Source of the DNA: an uncultured cyanobacterium
GTDB lineage: Bacteria; Cyanobacteriota; Cyanobacteriia; Cyanobacteriales; Cyanobacteriaceae
Reading direction: 5' to 3'
NCBI GenBank assembly: GCA_963710605.1
Contig: CAVQBA010000004.1
Span: forward strand, 352,001 to 416,000
DNA: 64,000 nt
Part shown: positions 54,105-64,000 of the stretch, piece after piece
How positions within the stretch are numbered: position 1 is the first letter of the stretch
Layout of the letters: every line of letters begins with the position of its first letter
The notes under the pieces: generated by a model
What the model was told of the DNA's origin: nothing
The model's input: only the letters and a program-made list of their open reading frames with translations
Database searches by the model: none
Translations under genes and position numbers: made by a program

Positions 54105-54719
54105 ATGATCGATTTATATACTTGGACAACGCCCAATGGTTACAAAATACCTATCTTACTAGAAGAATTAGGATGGTCGTATAATCTTATTCCTGTCAAT
54201 ATCGGTAAAGACGAGCAATTTGAGCCAGACTTTTTAAAGATTAGCCCTAATAACAAAATACCTGCGATCGTGGATAATGACACCGCTGATGGCGAACCTC
54301 TTTCTATTTTTGAATCGGGTGCAATTTTAATGTATATAGCCGACAAAGCAGGACGCTTTTTCCCTTCTGACGTAGCAGGGCGTTATAACGTTTTGCAGTG
54401 GTTATTCTTTCAAGTAGGTAGCGTAGGAGCAATGCTCGGACAAGCAAACCACTTTATTGTTCATGCACCCGAACCGATTCCTTATGCACTCGATCGTTAT
54501 ACCAAAGAGGGTTTAAGATTATATGGCGTAATGGAAAGACAATTAGCCAATAATGATTTTATCGCAGGAGATTATTCGATCGCAGACATAGCCCTTTTCC
54601 CTTGGATAGCAAACTATTCTAAGAATGTAGATATGAATAAATTCCCTCATGTACAAAAATGGCACGACAAAATTGCGAGTCGAGAAGCCGTTCAAAAAGG
54701 AATGAGTATTTTAAACTAA
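54105..54719 (+). CDS. Glutathione S-transferase, YfcG-like (TPNG motif)
   Basis: TPNG, SPNNKIPAI, FESGAIL and YSIADIA. Confidence 0.92.
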   Translation: MIDLYTWTTPNGYKIPILLEELGWSYNLIPVNIGKDEQFEPDFLKISPNNKIPAIVDNDTADGEPLSIFESGAILMYIADKAGRFFPSDVAGRYNVLQWLFFQVGSVGAMLGQANHFIVHAPEPIPYALDRYTKEGLRLYGVMERQLANNDFIAGDYSIADIALFPWIANYSKNVDMNKFPHVQKWHDKIASREAVQKGMSILN

Positions 54720-54866
54720 AAATTAGTAGATATTAATAGACTATAACAGTCGATCGTCAATCTCAAAACTTTAACCATGAATTAGAATAAGTAACCCAAA
54801 CATAACTAAAAGTTGCTTATTCTTAAAAATTCAATTTTTGAGCAAGAAAACGATCGATTTTGATAA

Positions 54867-55238
54867 TTACATTCCTTTGGGATTTTTACCATATTTATTC
54901 TCTCCTGGCTCACTATCTTGAGCGAAAAAGACAATAAGAACTATTGTACCAATTAAGGGGATTAAACCAATTAGAAGCCACCATCCACTACGTCCGGTAT
55001 CATGAAGTCGTCTAATAGAAACACTTAAAGCAGGTAAGAAAACAACTAAACTATAAATCAAAGACAAAATATTGATTCCACTTGAATTATTCCCTAATAA
55101 CGCATCAACAAATCCTAAAATAAATCCTAAACCTAGAGAAATTAAAAAATTAAAGAGAACAAAATACCAATATTCTGCTCTTCTAGCTCTCCCAGAAAAA
55201 TTAACATATTGTTTAATTACTTTAATATACCAGTGCAT
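54867..55238 (-). CDS. DUF805 family membrane protein
   Basis: FSGRARRAEYW, RRLHDTGRSGWW and NKYG. Confidence 0.93.
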   Translation of the reverse strand: MHWYIKVIKQYVNFSGRARRAEYWYFVLFNFLISLGLGFILGFVDALLGNNSSGINILSLIYSLVVFLPALSVSIRRLHDTGRSGWWLLIGLIPLIGTIVLIVFFAQDSEPGENKYGKNPKGM

Positions 55239-55453
55239 TTTTGTTTAGATTTTTATTTCATAAATAACTAATCGTTATTCTAATCTGTTTCTTTTAGCTA
55301 ATTAAATTATTTTTACAATAATTAAATATTTTTTCAATTTAACGCTTCTTTTATGATAGGAAATATAGCTCAGACGTTAAGTTTCTTAACATTAAATAAT
55401 TAGACTAGTTTTAAAGTTTTTCTCAAGCTCAACTTATCTACGACTTATTAAAC

Positions 55454-55900
55454 TTATGGTAACCAATTATCATCTAAAATTTTGTCTAGAGAGTAAGGGC
55501 AATTGAGAGGAAAAACACTAGCAGAAAAGTTCGTTTTTTTAGTAACTAATTTAACTGCTACTTGATAAATATTTTCTAAGTCGTTATTTAGTTTGTTGTA
55601 TAAAGTTGTAGTTAAACTATTATTCAAATCATCTCGAAAAGTAATTATTTCTATTTGCCAGTGACGATGATTATCATCATATTCTTCTTGCCAATATTCT
55701 AAAAGTAGCAAGTGAATAATAATTTGACGTAATAAACTTCTAACTTTATTAAAATCTCTTTTACCCAAAGTTTTTAATTCCTCAATCAAATTATCAATAT
55801 CTAATTTATCTAAATCATTTGCTATGAGAATATCGATCGTTTTTTGCAACCAAAGATAATCGTCAACTTGATATATTTCTGGTAAATTGTTAATAATCAT
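55454..55900 (-). CDS. DUF29 family protein
   Basis: YQVDDYLWL, LDIDNLIEEL, IIIHLLLLEYW and FPLNCPYS...WLP. Confidence 0.92.
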   Translation of the reverse strand: MIINNLPEIYQVDDYLWLQKTIDILIANDLDKLDIDNLIEELKTLGKRDFNKVRSLLRQIIIHLLLLEYWQEEYDDNHRHWQIEIITFRDDLNNSLTTTLYNKLNNDLENIYQVAVKLVTKKTNFSASVFPLNCPYSLDKILDDNWLP

Positions 55901-56007
55901 TTTCTCTTTTTTTACTCGATCGATCGTACTTTTAATATTAACTCAAAAATTCTTCTCTATAGTAAAGATAAATGATTTATCATCAATCAAAAATTTTTTG
56001 CTTTAAT

Positions 56008-56116
56008 TCTAGCTTTTTCCATACTTGTGAGGTGCAAGTCGTCATCAATAAGCCCCCCTTGTGAAGGGGAATTTAGGGGGATTGGTTTGAACTTTATGTC
56101 ACCAATAATTACTATA
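56008..56116. mobile_element. MITE-like element, copy of the 1462-1571 family
   Basis: Shares ACTTGTGAGGT.CA, ATCAATAAG.CCCC, TTAGGGGGATT and the ATAATT(G/A)CTATA end. Confidence 0.7.
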
Positions 56117-56268
56117 AAAATTTTAAAATAAGTCAATCATAAATATTTAATCATGTTAATCATATAATCCTCCCAATCCTGATACTGACGATGATTTAAG
56201 TTATACATATCGATCGTCAACTACTGTAAAATATTTTGCATAGTAATAAACCTTAAAACGATCGCTCT

Positions 56269-57076
56269 ATGTCTTCTTCTTTCTTCTCTCAAACATCAAA
56301 CTATCTTGGTTACTCGTGCCGCTTCATCAGGCAATACTTTTCGGCAGATGTTAGAAGAAAAAGGTGCAACCGTACTCGAATTACCCGCTTTAGTGATTAA
56401 GCCCCCTTCTACATGGCAACAGTTAGATAAAGCGATCGAAAATATCGATAATTACAATTGGTTGATTCTCACCTCGGCTAATGGTGTAGAGTCTTTTATC
56501 AAGCGTTTGTCTTGTGCTAATAAAAACAATACTCATTTACAGAATCTCAAGATAGCTGTGGTTGGTAAAAAAACAGCTCATTTTCTGAAAAAATACGATT
56601 TAACTGCCGATTTTATTCCTCCTGATTTTATTGCTGATTCTTTAGTCGTTAATTTTCCTGAAACGTTATCGGGGCAAAAAATTCTCTTTCCTCGTGTAGA
56701 GACTGGCGGCAGAGAATTATTAGTAAAAGAATTAACCTCGCAAGGTGCAATAGTAGATGAAGTGAGTGCTTATCAATCTGCTTGTCCTAATGAGATCGAT
56801 CGAGATGTTTGGTATGCTTTAATAAAAGGTCAGATTACTGTAATTACCTTTGCTAGTTCAAAAACAGTCAAAAACTTTTGTACCTTAGTTCAAGATGCTT
56901 TAAAAGATTATTCTAATCTTGATTTTGATTCTCTATTACAAAATATCAAAATTGCTTCAATTGGACCGCAAACTTCCGTTAGTTGTCAAGAATTATTACA
57001 AAGAGTTGACATAGAAGCCGAACAATACACCTTAGAAGGATTAACAAAAGCGATCGCACAAACAATGAACAATTAA
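56269..57076 (+). CDS. hemD: Uroporphyrinogen-III synthase, apparent +1 indel near 56281
   Basis: ILVTRA, LTSANGV, VGKKTA, FASSKTV and SIGPQTS. The ATG at 56269 is one base out of frame within a TCT repeat. Confidence 0.88.
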
Positions 57077-57131
57077 TAATTAATAATTAATAATGAAATA
57101 CACCTAGCGATAAGATTGGTTTACCGTTAAT

Positions 57132-57176
57132 TTAACTTTTAACTTTTAACTCTTAACTTTCAACTTTTAACTTTTA
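57132..57176. repeat. Heptamer array (TAACTTT)n
   Basis: About 6 units. Confidence 0.88.
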
Positions 57177-57270
57177 GGTGAGGTTATCACTATTATCAAT
57201 CTAAAGGGTGATGACGTTAAATTATAGTATGGGAGAATATTCTTATAGTTATTATATCAAGTAAAAAATT

Positions 57271-57642
57271 ATGACTGAAAACAACGTATTAAGTTTTTTG
57301 CAACAAAGTTTGCGTACAGTAGTTGGGGCAACAGCAGATGCAGTAGAAACATTGCAAGATACCCAAAAAAGAAACGAAGCGATCGCAAAAGTAAATGCTG
57401 AATGGCAAAAAAAATCAGAAGAATGGGTGGTAAAAGGCACATTAACTGAGGCAGAAGCACGTCAAATCATTGAAGATTTTTGGCAAAATCGACAGACAGC
57501 GACGACTACTATGACTACTACCTCACCTCAAGAAATACAAATTGACGCTCCTGTAAATGACCCTTACACTGATATACAGGATTTAACCACAGAGATAATT
57601 GCTTTGAGAGCGGAATTAGAAAAGTTAAACTCTCCTAACTAA
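57271..57642 (+). CDS. Hypothetical coiled-coil protein (phasin-like)
   Basis: ..VKGTLTEAEARQ.. and IQDLTTEIIALRAELEKL; the family assignment is tentative. Confidence 0.6.
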   Translation: MTENNVLSFLQQSLRTVVGATADAVETLQDTQKRNEAIAKVNAEWQKKSEEWVVKGTLTEAEARQIIEDFWQNRQTATTTMTTTSPQEIQIDAPVNDPYTDIQDLTTEIIALRAELEKLNSPN

Positions 57643-57755
57643 TTTTATTTAATGAGTAATAGCAATATGTCGATTGCATAATTGCTCAAAACGAAGGTAA
57701 TTTCTTTTTTGTTAATAATCTAAGATAATTGAGATTTATCTTCGTTAGTTTAACT

Positions 57756-57998
57756 TTAATCGTTATCCCATCTTTGGGTGGCTAATATATCTCTAATTTT
57801 GTCACGGAGTAAATAACCCTTTTCTTCTAACTCCATCTCTACAGCAAACCATTCACGAGCAGGAATATAGTTAGCTAAAACATAAATTGGTTGAGATAAA
57901 TTAACGCTTCCCTTGTCCAGTAATGCTTTTACTTCATCGACAATCGAATCGAAGTTATAATTAAGTGCAGTGGTTGAAATTAAGGTGTTAGTAGTCAT
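57756..57998 (-). CDS. DUF4327 family protein
   Basis: QPIYVLANYIPAREW..ELE..YLLRD.I and terminal WDND. Confidence 0.85.
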   Translation of the reverse strand: MTTNTLISTTALNYNFDSIVDEVKALLDKGSVNLSQPIYVLANYIPAREWFAVEMELEEKGYLLRDKIRDILATQRWDND

Positions 57999-58249
57999 AA
58001 TATTTAATAAATAATTGCGAATTACGAAAAATGTTTATTATTGGTATAGTAACATAAACTATCTTTCAGTTAAATTTTATACTTTTTCACCTAAAAACCG
58101 CAAGAGTTTGTCAGATTTTATTGATAATAATTTTTAATAAGATTGATAAGGCAATCGAGAATTAGCTAAATTTTTTACTCCTCAACCAACAAAGTAAAGT
58201 TAAAATCGAGAGATAAGTTTACATTAATTTATCAAAAATAATCTTGACC

Positions 58250-59549
58250 ATGAAAATCTCTACGAGTGAATATCAACAACGTCGCCAAAAATTTGTACGA
58301 GCAATTGGTAAAGGTGTCGGAGTTTTTCGTAGTGCACCCCATGCTGTTATGCACAATGATGTTGAATATAATTATCGTCAAGATAGTGATTTTTATTATT
58401 TGACAGGTTTTAATGAAGCCGAGGCGGTAGCGGTTTTTGCTCCTAATCATACTGAGCATCAATTTATTCTTTTTGTGCAACCTAAAAATTTAGCTCAAGA
58501 AACTTGGACGGGTTATCGTTGTGGTGTGGAAAAAGCTAAAGAGGCTTATGGTGCAGATATTGTTTATTCGATCGATGAATTAGACCAAAAGTTACCTGAA
58601 TATTTGGTGACAGGCGATCGTATTTATTATCATTTAGGTAGAGATTTAAAATTTAACGAGAAAATAATCTATCACTGGCAAAGACTGATGGCTACTTATT
58701 CTAAACGAGGCACTTGCCCTGTCGGTTTAGAAGATAGTAATTTTATTTTGCATCCATTAAGAAAAATTAAAAGTGAAGCTGAAATTACCATGCTCAAAAA
58801 AGCGGCAGAAATATCAGTTATCGCCCATCAAAAAGCCAAAGAAACGATCGCCCCTGGGCGTTATGAATACGAAGTTCAAGCACAGATAGAGCATACTTTC
58901 CGCAGTCATGGTGGTGATGGTATTGCTTATCCTTCGATCGTCGCTTCTGGTGGTAATGCTTGTATTTTACATTATGTTGAAAACGATCGGCGTATGGAAG
59001 CAGGAGATTTGCTGTTAATTGATGCGGGTTGCTCTTATGGTTATTATAACGGCGACATTACTCGTACATGGTCGGTAGATGGTAAATTTACCCCTCAGCA
59101 AAAAGACATCTATCAGTTAGTGTTATCCGCTCAACTACAAGCGATCGAATTAGTACAACCTGGTAATACTTATAATCAATTCCATGATAAGGCAGTAGAG
59201 GTAATTGTAGAAGGTTTAAAAGAATTAAAATTACTGACAGGAGACACTAGAAGAAATCATCAAAAAGAAAGAATATCAACCCTTTTATATGCACGGCACA
59301 GGGCATTGGTTAGGTTTAGACGTACACGATGCGGGAGGATATAAAGAAGATGCCGACAACTGGGTTAAATTTGAAGCAGGAAATGTGGTTACAGTCGAGC
59401 CAGGTATTTATATTTCGCCTTTTATCACTCCAGCCGAAAAGCAACCTGAGATTCCTCAACATTGGCACGAAATTGGTGTCAGAATTGAGGATGATGTTTT
59501 AGTTACCGAATCAGGACATGAAATTTTAACCGCAGGGATAGACAAGTAA
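58250..59549 (+). CDS. pepP: Xaa-Pro aminopeptidase, apparent +1 indel near 59247
   Basis: RQDSDFYYLTG, LHY, IDAG...DITRT; HGTGHWLGLDVHD, EPGIY and GVRIED lie in the second frame. Confidence 0.93.
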
Positions 59550-59690
59550 TAAGTAGGGGTGCAAGGCTTGCACCCTTTGACTAAATCCGCCTTGCAATAA
59601 ATTGACAAGGCTAACAGAGTACGTTTAATAAATTAAACTCTTTTATAGACTTATCTGATTCAATATTTTTAAGTTTGCTTGTAGCTAGTC

Positions 59691-59760
59691 GGTTGGGTTA
59701 AGCTTCAAAAGTATTACTATCTCAATAATACAATTATGTAATACGAAACCCAACACCATT
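59691..59760. repeat. ~70-bp REP-like direct repeat, copy 1
   Basis: GGTTGGGTT.AGCTTCAAAA..ATTACTATCTCAA...ATGTAATACGAAACCCAACACCATT. Confidence 0.85.
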
Positions 59761-59911
59761 GTTTGATTATGTGATCAGAATGTTTTTACTAGTTAGAAGT
59801 TAGAATTGATACGGCTTGACCATAGTTGAGTTACTCTATGATTGAGTTGGTAAAGTATTTGGTTATTTGAATGATAAATCCGACTCGACGAAGAACTAAT
59901 TAGAAGATATA

Positions 59912-60439
59912 ATGCTGGGAAAGAATTTTTCTGGAGTTATGCTCAGGTGGAGAAACGGGGTCAATTTGGAAGGACTTGATTTGAAAGGAATTAATTTGAG
60001 TGGAGCGAACTTGGTTGGAGCTAATTTGAAAAGTACTAATCTCACTAGAGCTAATTTGAGTGGAGCTAATTTGGAAATGGCTACTATTGATAACACTACC
60101 CTTATTGAAACTAATCTTGAGGGGGCCTTTATTGAGGATATTTCCAACTCCAATCTCGAAAGAGCTAATTTGGCTCGTATTCACATGGTCGAAGGAATGA
60201 TTGTCGGATGTAATATGGAAGGGGTTAATTTGAAAGAAGCTATTATGGATGACATCGGTATAGAAATTGTCAATTTGCGAGATGCCAATCTTGAAGGAAT
60301 AGAAGGAAGTATTGCAATGAACGAAGTCGATCTTACTGGAGCGACTGGATTTGAACCAAGTATTTTAGGTAATGGATATTGGAATTTGACTCTTCCTAAT
60401 GGTAGATTTATCACTGATTGGGAAATTGAGAGTATTTAA
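59912..60439 (+). CDS. Pentapeptide repeat protein (true start probably near 59871, disrupted by indels)
   Basis: A(N/D)LxG repeats. An upstream out-of-frame EELIRRYNAG matches the usual N-terminal cap of these proteins. Confidence 0.85.
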   Translation: MLGKNFSGVMLRWRNGVNLEGLDLKGINLSGANLVGANLKSTNLTRANLSGANLEMATIDNTTLIETNLEGAFIEDISNSNLERANLARIHMVEGMIVGCNMEGVNLKEAIMDDIGIEIVNLRDANLEGIEGSIAMNEVDLTGATGFEPSILGNGYWNLTLPNGRFITDWEIESI

Positions 60440-60476
60440 TTCACTAACTTAAAAAAAGTACGATCGATATCGAGTA

Positions 60477-60548
60477 GGTTGGGTTGAGCTTCAAAAATAT
60501 TACTATCTCAACGATACGATTTTATGTAATACGAAACCCAACACCATT
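60477..60548. repeat. ~72-bp REP-like direct repeat, copy 2
   Basis: Near-identical to 59691-59760 and in the same orientation. Confidence 0.85.
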
Positions 60549-60562
60549 ATCAAAAACAATTA

Positions 60563-61472
60563 TTAATTCTTAGTTATTAATGATGCTTTCAAATCCTTAA
60601 TCAATCCATTAAGATGATCTACATCAGCATGATAAACTTCATTACAAAATTGACAAGTAGCCTCAGCACCACCATCTTTAAGAATCATATCTTCTAACTC
60701 CGATACTCCCAATAACTTCAACGCCCCCAACATACGATCGAAATTGCAACCACAATTAAATCTAATCATCTGTACTTCAGGAAAGATATTTAAATCAAAA
60801 TCACCTAATAATTGTGTGAAAATATCTTCTAAACTCTTACCTTGGACTAACAAAGGCGTAAAACCAGCTAAGCTACTCACACGAGATTCTAAAGTAGCGA
60901 CTAAAGAATCATCCTCTGCCGCTTTCGGTAATACTTGTAATAATATCCCTCCAGAAGCGACAACACCTTCTTGCCCCACAAAAACTCCTACAAGCAAAGC
61001 CGATGCAGTTTGCTCAGAGGTGGCTAGATAATGAGCGACATCTTCCCCTACTTCTCCAGAAACTAGTTCTACAGTACTTGAATAAGGATAGCCATAACCA
61101 ACATCACGGATTACATACAAAAAACCATCATTTCCTACCGCACCACCTACATCTAATTTTCCATTTTCATTCGGAGGTAACTCAACAGCGGGATTGCTAA
61201 CATATCCTCTAACTGTACCATCCAAACCAGCATCAACTAAAACACCACCTAAAGGGCCATTTCCTTTAATTTTAAGATTAACTCTCGATTCTGGCTTTTT
61301 CATACTCGAAACAAGTAACAACCCAGACCGACATTGCTCTACCTAGTGCGGCGGTTGCTACGTAAGAAAGTTTGTGTCTATCTCTTGCTTCTTGTACTGC
61401 TCTAGTGGTAATTACACCGACTGCTCTGATACCACCATTTGCCGCTGTTGCTCTGATTAATTGGTCTGCCAT
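60563..61472 (-). CDS. hslO: Hsp33 redox-regulated chaperone, apparent +1 indel near 61328
   Basis: [28 protein letters not shown], and zinc motifs CGC and CQFC; the span is 910 nt. Confidence 0.93.
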
Positions 61473-61720
61473 ATTTTAGATTACATATCTCAATATTTCT
61501 TTATTTTACCAACAGATAATCGATAATTGACGATGGATAATTGGGTGCGAACGCTCATTTTTTCTTTATTTCAAGCGACCGGGAATCGAATAATAATCTT
61601 CAACATGAGTCTATATCCCCCCTTTAAAAGGGGGGACTAAGGGGGGTTCTGGCATTCAAAAGTATCGGAGTAATTAAGGGTGCAAACCTTGCACCCTGAC
61701 AATTTTTTAAACAGATACCT

Positions 61721-62464
61721 TTAATTAGTAATAACTAACTTTCGTTCTAAATCAAACAAAAATCCGTGAATATATTCTTCTGCCCAATCTGTACCATAAA
61801 GTTTGGTTAGCATTCCTCTGGCAGGATCTTTTTCGGCTCGGTAGTTGATATAGTTTTTGTGAGCGATCGTTATTTGCTCTAATTGCGATTTATCCTCGAT
61901 CGATTCAGCTTTTTTAACAAAATCAACATAAGCATGAAGATAGTCTTTAAAAGCATTAAAAACAGTATTTTCCACCACTTCATCTTTGTCTGGACGAGTC
62001 CACAAAAAAGCAGGTGAAAAATATTGCTGGGCTTCTGCGGGAAAGTCTCCTCCCCAAGGTAATTCTTTTTGATATTCAGCAAACATCGGTAAGATTGGTT
62101 TACTGTATTTATCTTTATATTCTTCAGTATGGAATAATGGTTGCATATCGATCGCAATCAAATGTCCGCCTGGTAAGGTAACTAAATCTGCACCAAAAAA
62201 AGGTAAGTCGTAATCTAAGTTAGGAAAAATTACAAAATTTAAAACTTGTAAAGAATCACCACCTTCTACATGAGCGGCTCTTATTTGCCTTAGTTTAGGC
62301 GAACAATATCCATAACTAGTTGTTACAACTTCTTGCTCTTTTTTACCTTTACCTGTGATGGTTTTTTTCTGCTCGTATCCTGCGGGTATAGGATAATCTT
62401 TTAAGTCTAAATTCTGTTGTAAATATTGAATTGCGTAATCTAAAAATTTTTTATATAAAGACAC
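61721..62464 (-). CDS. pebB: Phycoerythrobilin:ferredoxin oxidoreductase
   Basis: [33 protein letters not shown] and [11 protein letters not shown]. The GTG start at 62464 is preferred because the longer ORF runs through repeats. Confidence 0.93.
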   Translation of the reverse strand: MSLYKKFLDYAIQYLQQNLDLKDYPIPAGYEQKKTITGKGKKEQEVVTTSYGYCSPKLRQIRAAHVEGGDSLQVLNFVIFPNLDYDLPFFGADLVTLPGGHLIAIDMQPLFHTEEYKDKYSKPILPMFAEYQKELPWGGDFPAEAQQYFSPAFLWTRPDKDEVVENTVFNAFKDYLHAYVDFVKKAESIEDKSQLEQITIAHKNYINYRAEKDPARGMLTKLYGTDWAEEYIHGFLFDLERKLVITN

Positions 62465-62470
62465 TGTTAA

Positions 62471-62508
62471 TAATGGAGAATGGAGAATGGAGAATGGAGA
62501 ATGGAGAA
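62471..62508. repeat. Heptamer array (AATGGAG)x5
   Basis: Lies directly upstream of the pebB start. Confidence 0.9.
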
Positions 62509-62556
62509 TTAAAATCCCTAATTTTTGACGATCGGAATTAATCGAGTCGGTTTTAA

Positions 62557-62719
62557 TGTAGCGTTTATCATTGCTTTTGAAGTATATATACTTAATATTT
62601 GCAAGTCCTACCACAAAATAAAAGCGAAGCATCCGCACTTCCTCCCCCTTTCAAAGGGGGATAGAGGGGATAGGATTAGGGGGATCGATATTTACTTCAC
62701 TACACTGATAATTGCTATA
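62557..62719. mobile_element. Extended MITE-like element between pebA and pebB
   Basis: TGTAGCGTTT...CCCCCTTTCAAAGGGGG...TTAGGGGGATC...GATAATTGCTATA. Confidence 0.6.
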
Positions 62720-62748
62720 TTTTAAGAAAAAATAATAATTAACTAATT

Positions 62749-63473
<725 letters not shown>

Positions 63474-63567
63474 ATATGGTGGGGTTAAATATTAATTTTT
63501 GATTTTATAATTGCGTTTCTATAATCTATATCTTTTTTGCTCACAACTCCTTGAATAATTAAAGAAA

Positions 63568-63626
63568 TTAACAATAGTTAACAATACCTGTTTGATTGAT
63601 CTTCAACTGTTACAAATATTAACGAT
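63568..63626. promoter_or_regulatory. Candidate HLR1/RpaB-type 10-bp-period direct repeats in the pebA-cpeC divergent promoter
   Basis: TTAACAAT-AG-TTAACAAT (63568-85) and GTTACAAA-TA-TTAACGAT (near 63609). Confidence 0.45.
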
Positions 63627-63962
63627 AATCAAGCACAAATTCTTGTTAAATATTAACCAATATAGAGATAAAAATGATTGGTGATCATTTAATAACTAAA
63701 ACGATCGACGGGTAAAAGAATTATAATTCGCTAAATAGTCGTCAATCCTTTAGTCTAAGAGTGAGACAATATGAAGTGTTTAAGTAATAAACAAGTAAAA
63801 TTATTAGTTAAACAACTTAATTGACCGATTAATAATTAATCTCCAATATAAAGGTTTTATTAAATCAAAACTGTTTTGCTAACTGATTAGTAAAATACTG
63901 AAAAATTGTTAATTTTTTTTAAAACTAACCATAATCAATATCATTAGTAGTGGAGGAATTTA

Positions 63963-64000
63963 ATGGTTTTTGGGCCAGCATGTACTCTTGGGGTGAGTTT
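63963..64000 (+). CDS. cpeC: Start of phycoerythrin-associated rod linker (truncated by the window end)
   Basis: GGAGG RBS followed by MVFGPACTLGVS, resembling the CpeC N-terminus MPFGPASRLGVS; divergent from pebA. Confidence 0.7.
   Translation, partial: MVFGPACTLGVS

Noticed and set aside
52913-54180. Diversity-generating retroelement (template/variable repeat pair)
   Set aside because: The differences are mostly synonymous and not adenine-specific, the repeat is N-terminal, and there is no reverse transcriptase in the window.
62465-62638. N-terminal extension of PebB in the ORF track
   Set aside because: It translates a heptamer array and a MITE ([11 protein letters not shown]); PebB-like sequence begins at the GTG at 62464.
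63474-63962. Chromatic-acclimation L-box (RcaC) or G-box (CcaR) upstream of cpeC
   Set aside because: I found no TTGCACA-N4-TTGCACA on either strand and only a weak half-match to a G-box.

Overview
An AT-rich cyanobacterial chromosome segment. Gene content, the density of CGATCG/HIP1-type sites and pebAB/cpeC suggest a phycoerythrin-containing Geminocystis/Cyanobacterium-like organism; this taxonomy is inference. Most of the window is housekeeping: kaiABC, argJ, gyrB, ndhB, RNase II, rpe, thiO-thiG, gcvT, uvrC, nusB, hemD, pepP, hslO, pebAB and the start of cpeC. Small accessory inserts are scattered through it: an orphan VapB-like antitoxin, an LRV-repeat protein, hicAB, an Abi/HEPN protein with a lipoprotein, and a pentapeptide gene between direct repeats. 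About nine genes, including essential gyrB, are broken by single-base indels, which most likely reflects long-read assembly error. The intergenic DNA is layered with heptamer tandem arrays, GTAG-REP hairpins, ~110-bp TATAGC..GCTATA MITE-like elements and tiny hairpin insertions. The best candidate for an overlooked system is a compact structured RNA leader with its own predicted promoter, directly upstream of an intact AbiD/AbiF-like HEPN RNase (41441-42431), which could be an RNA-antitoxin (type III-like) defence module. I found no rRNA, tRNA, CRISPR array or transposase.
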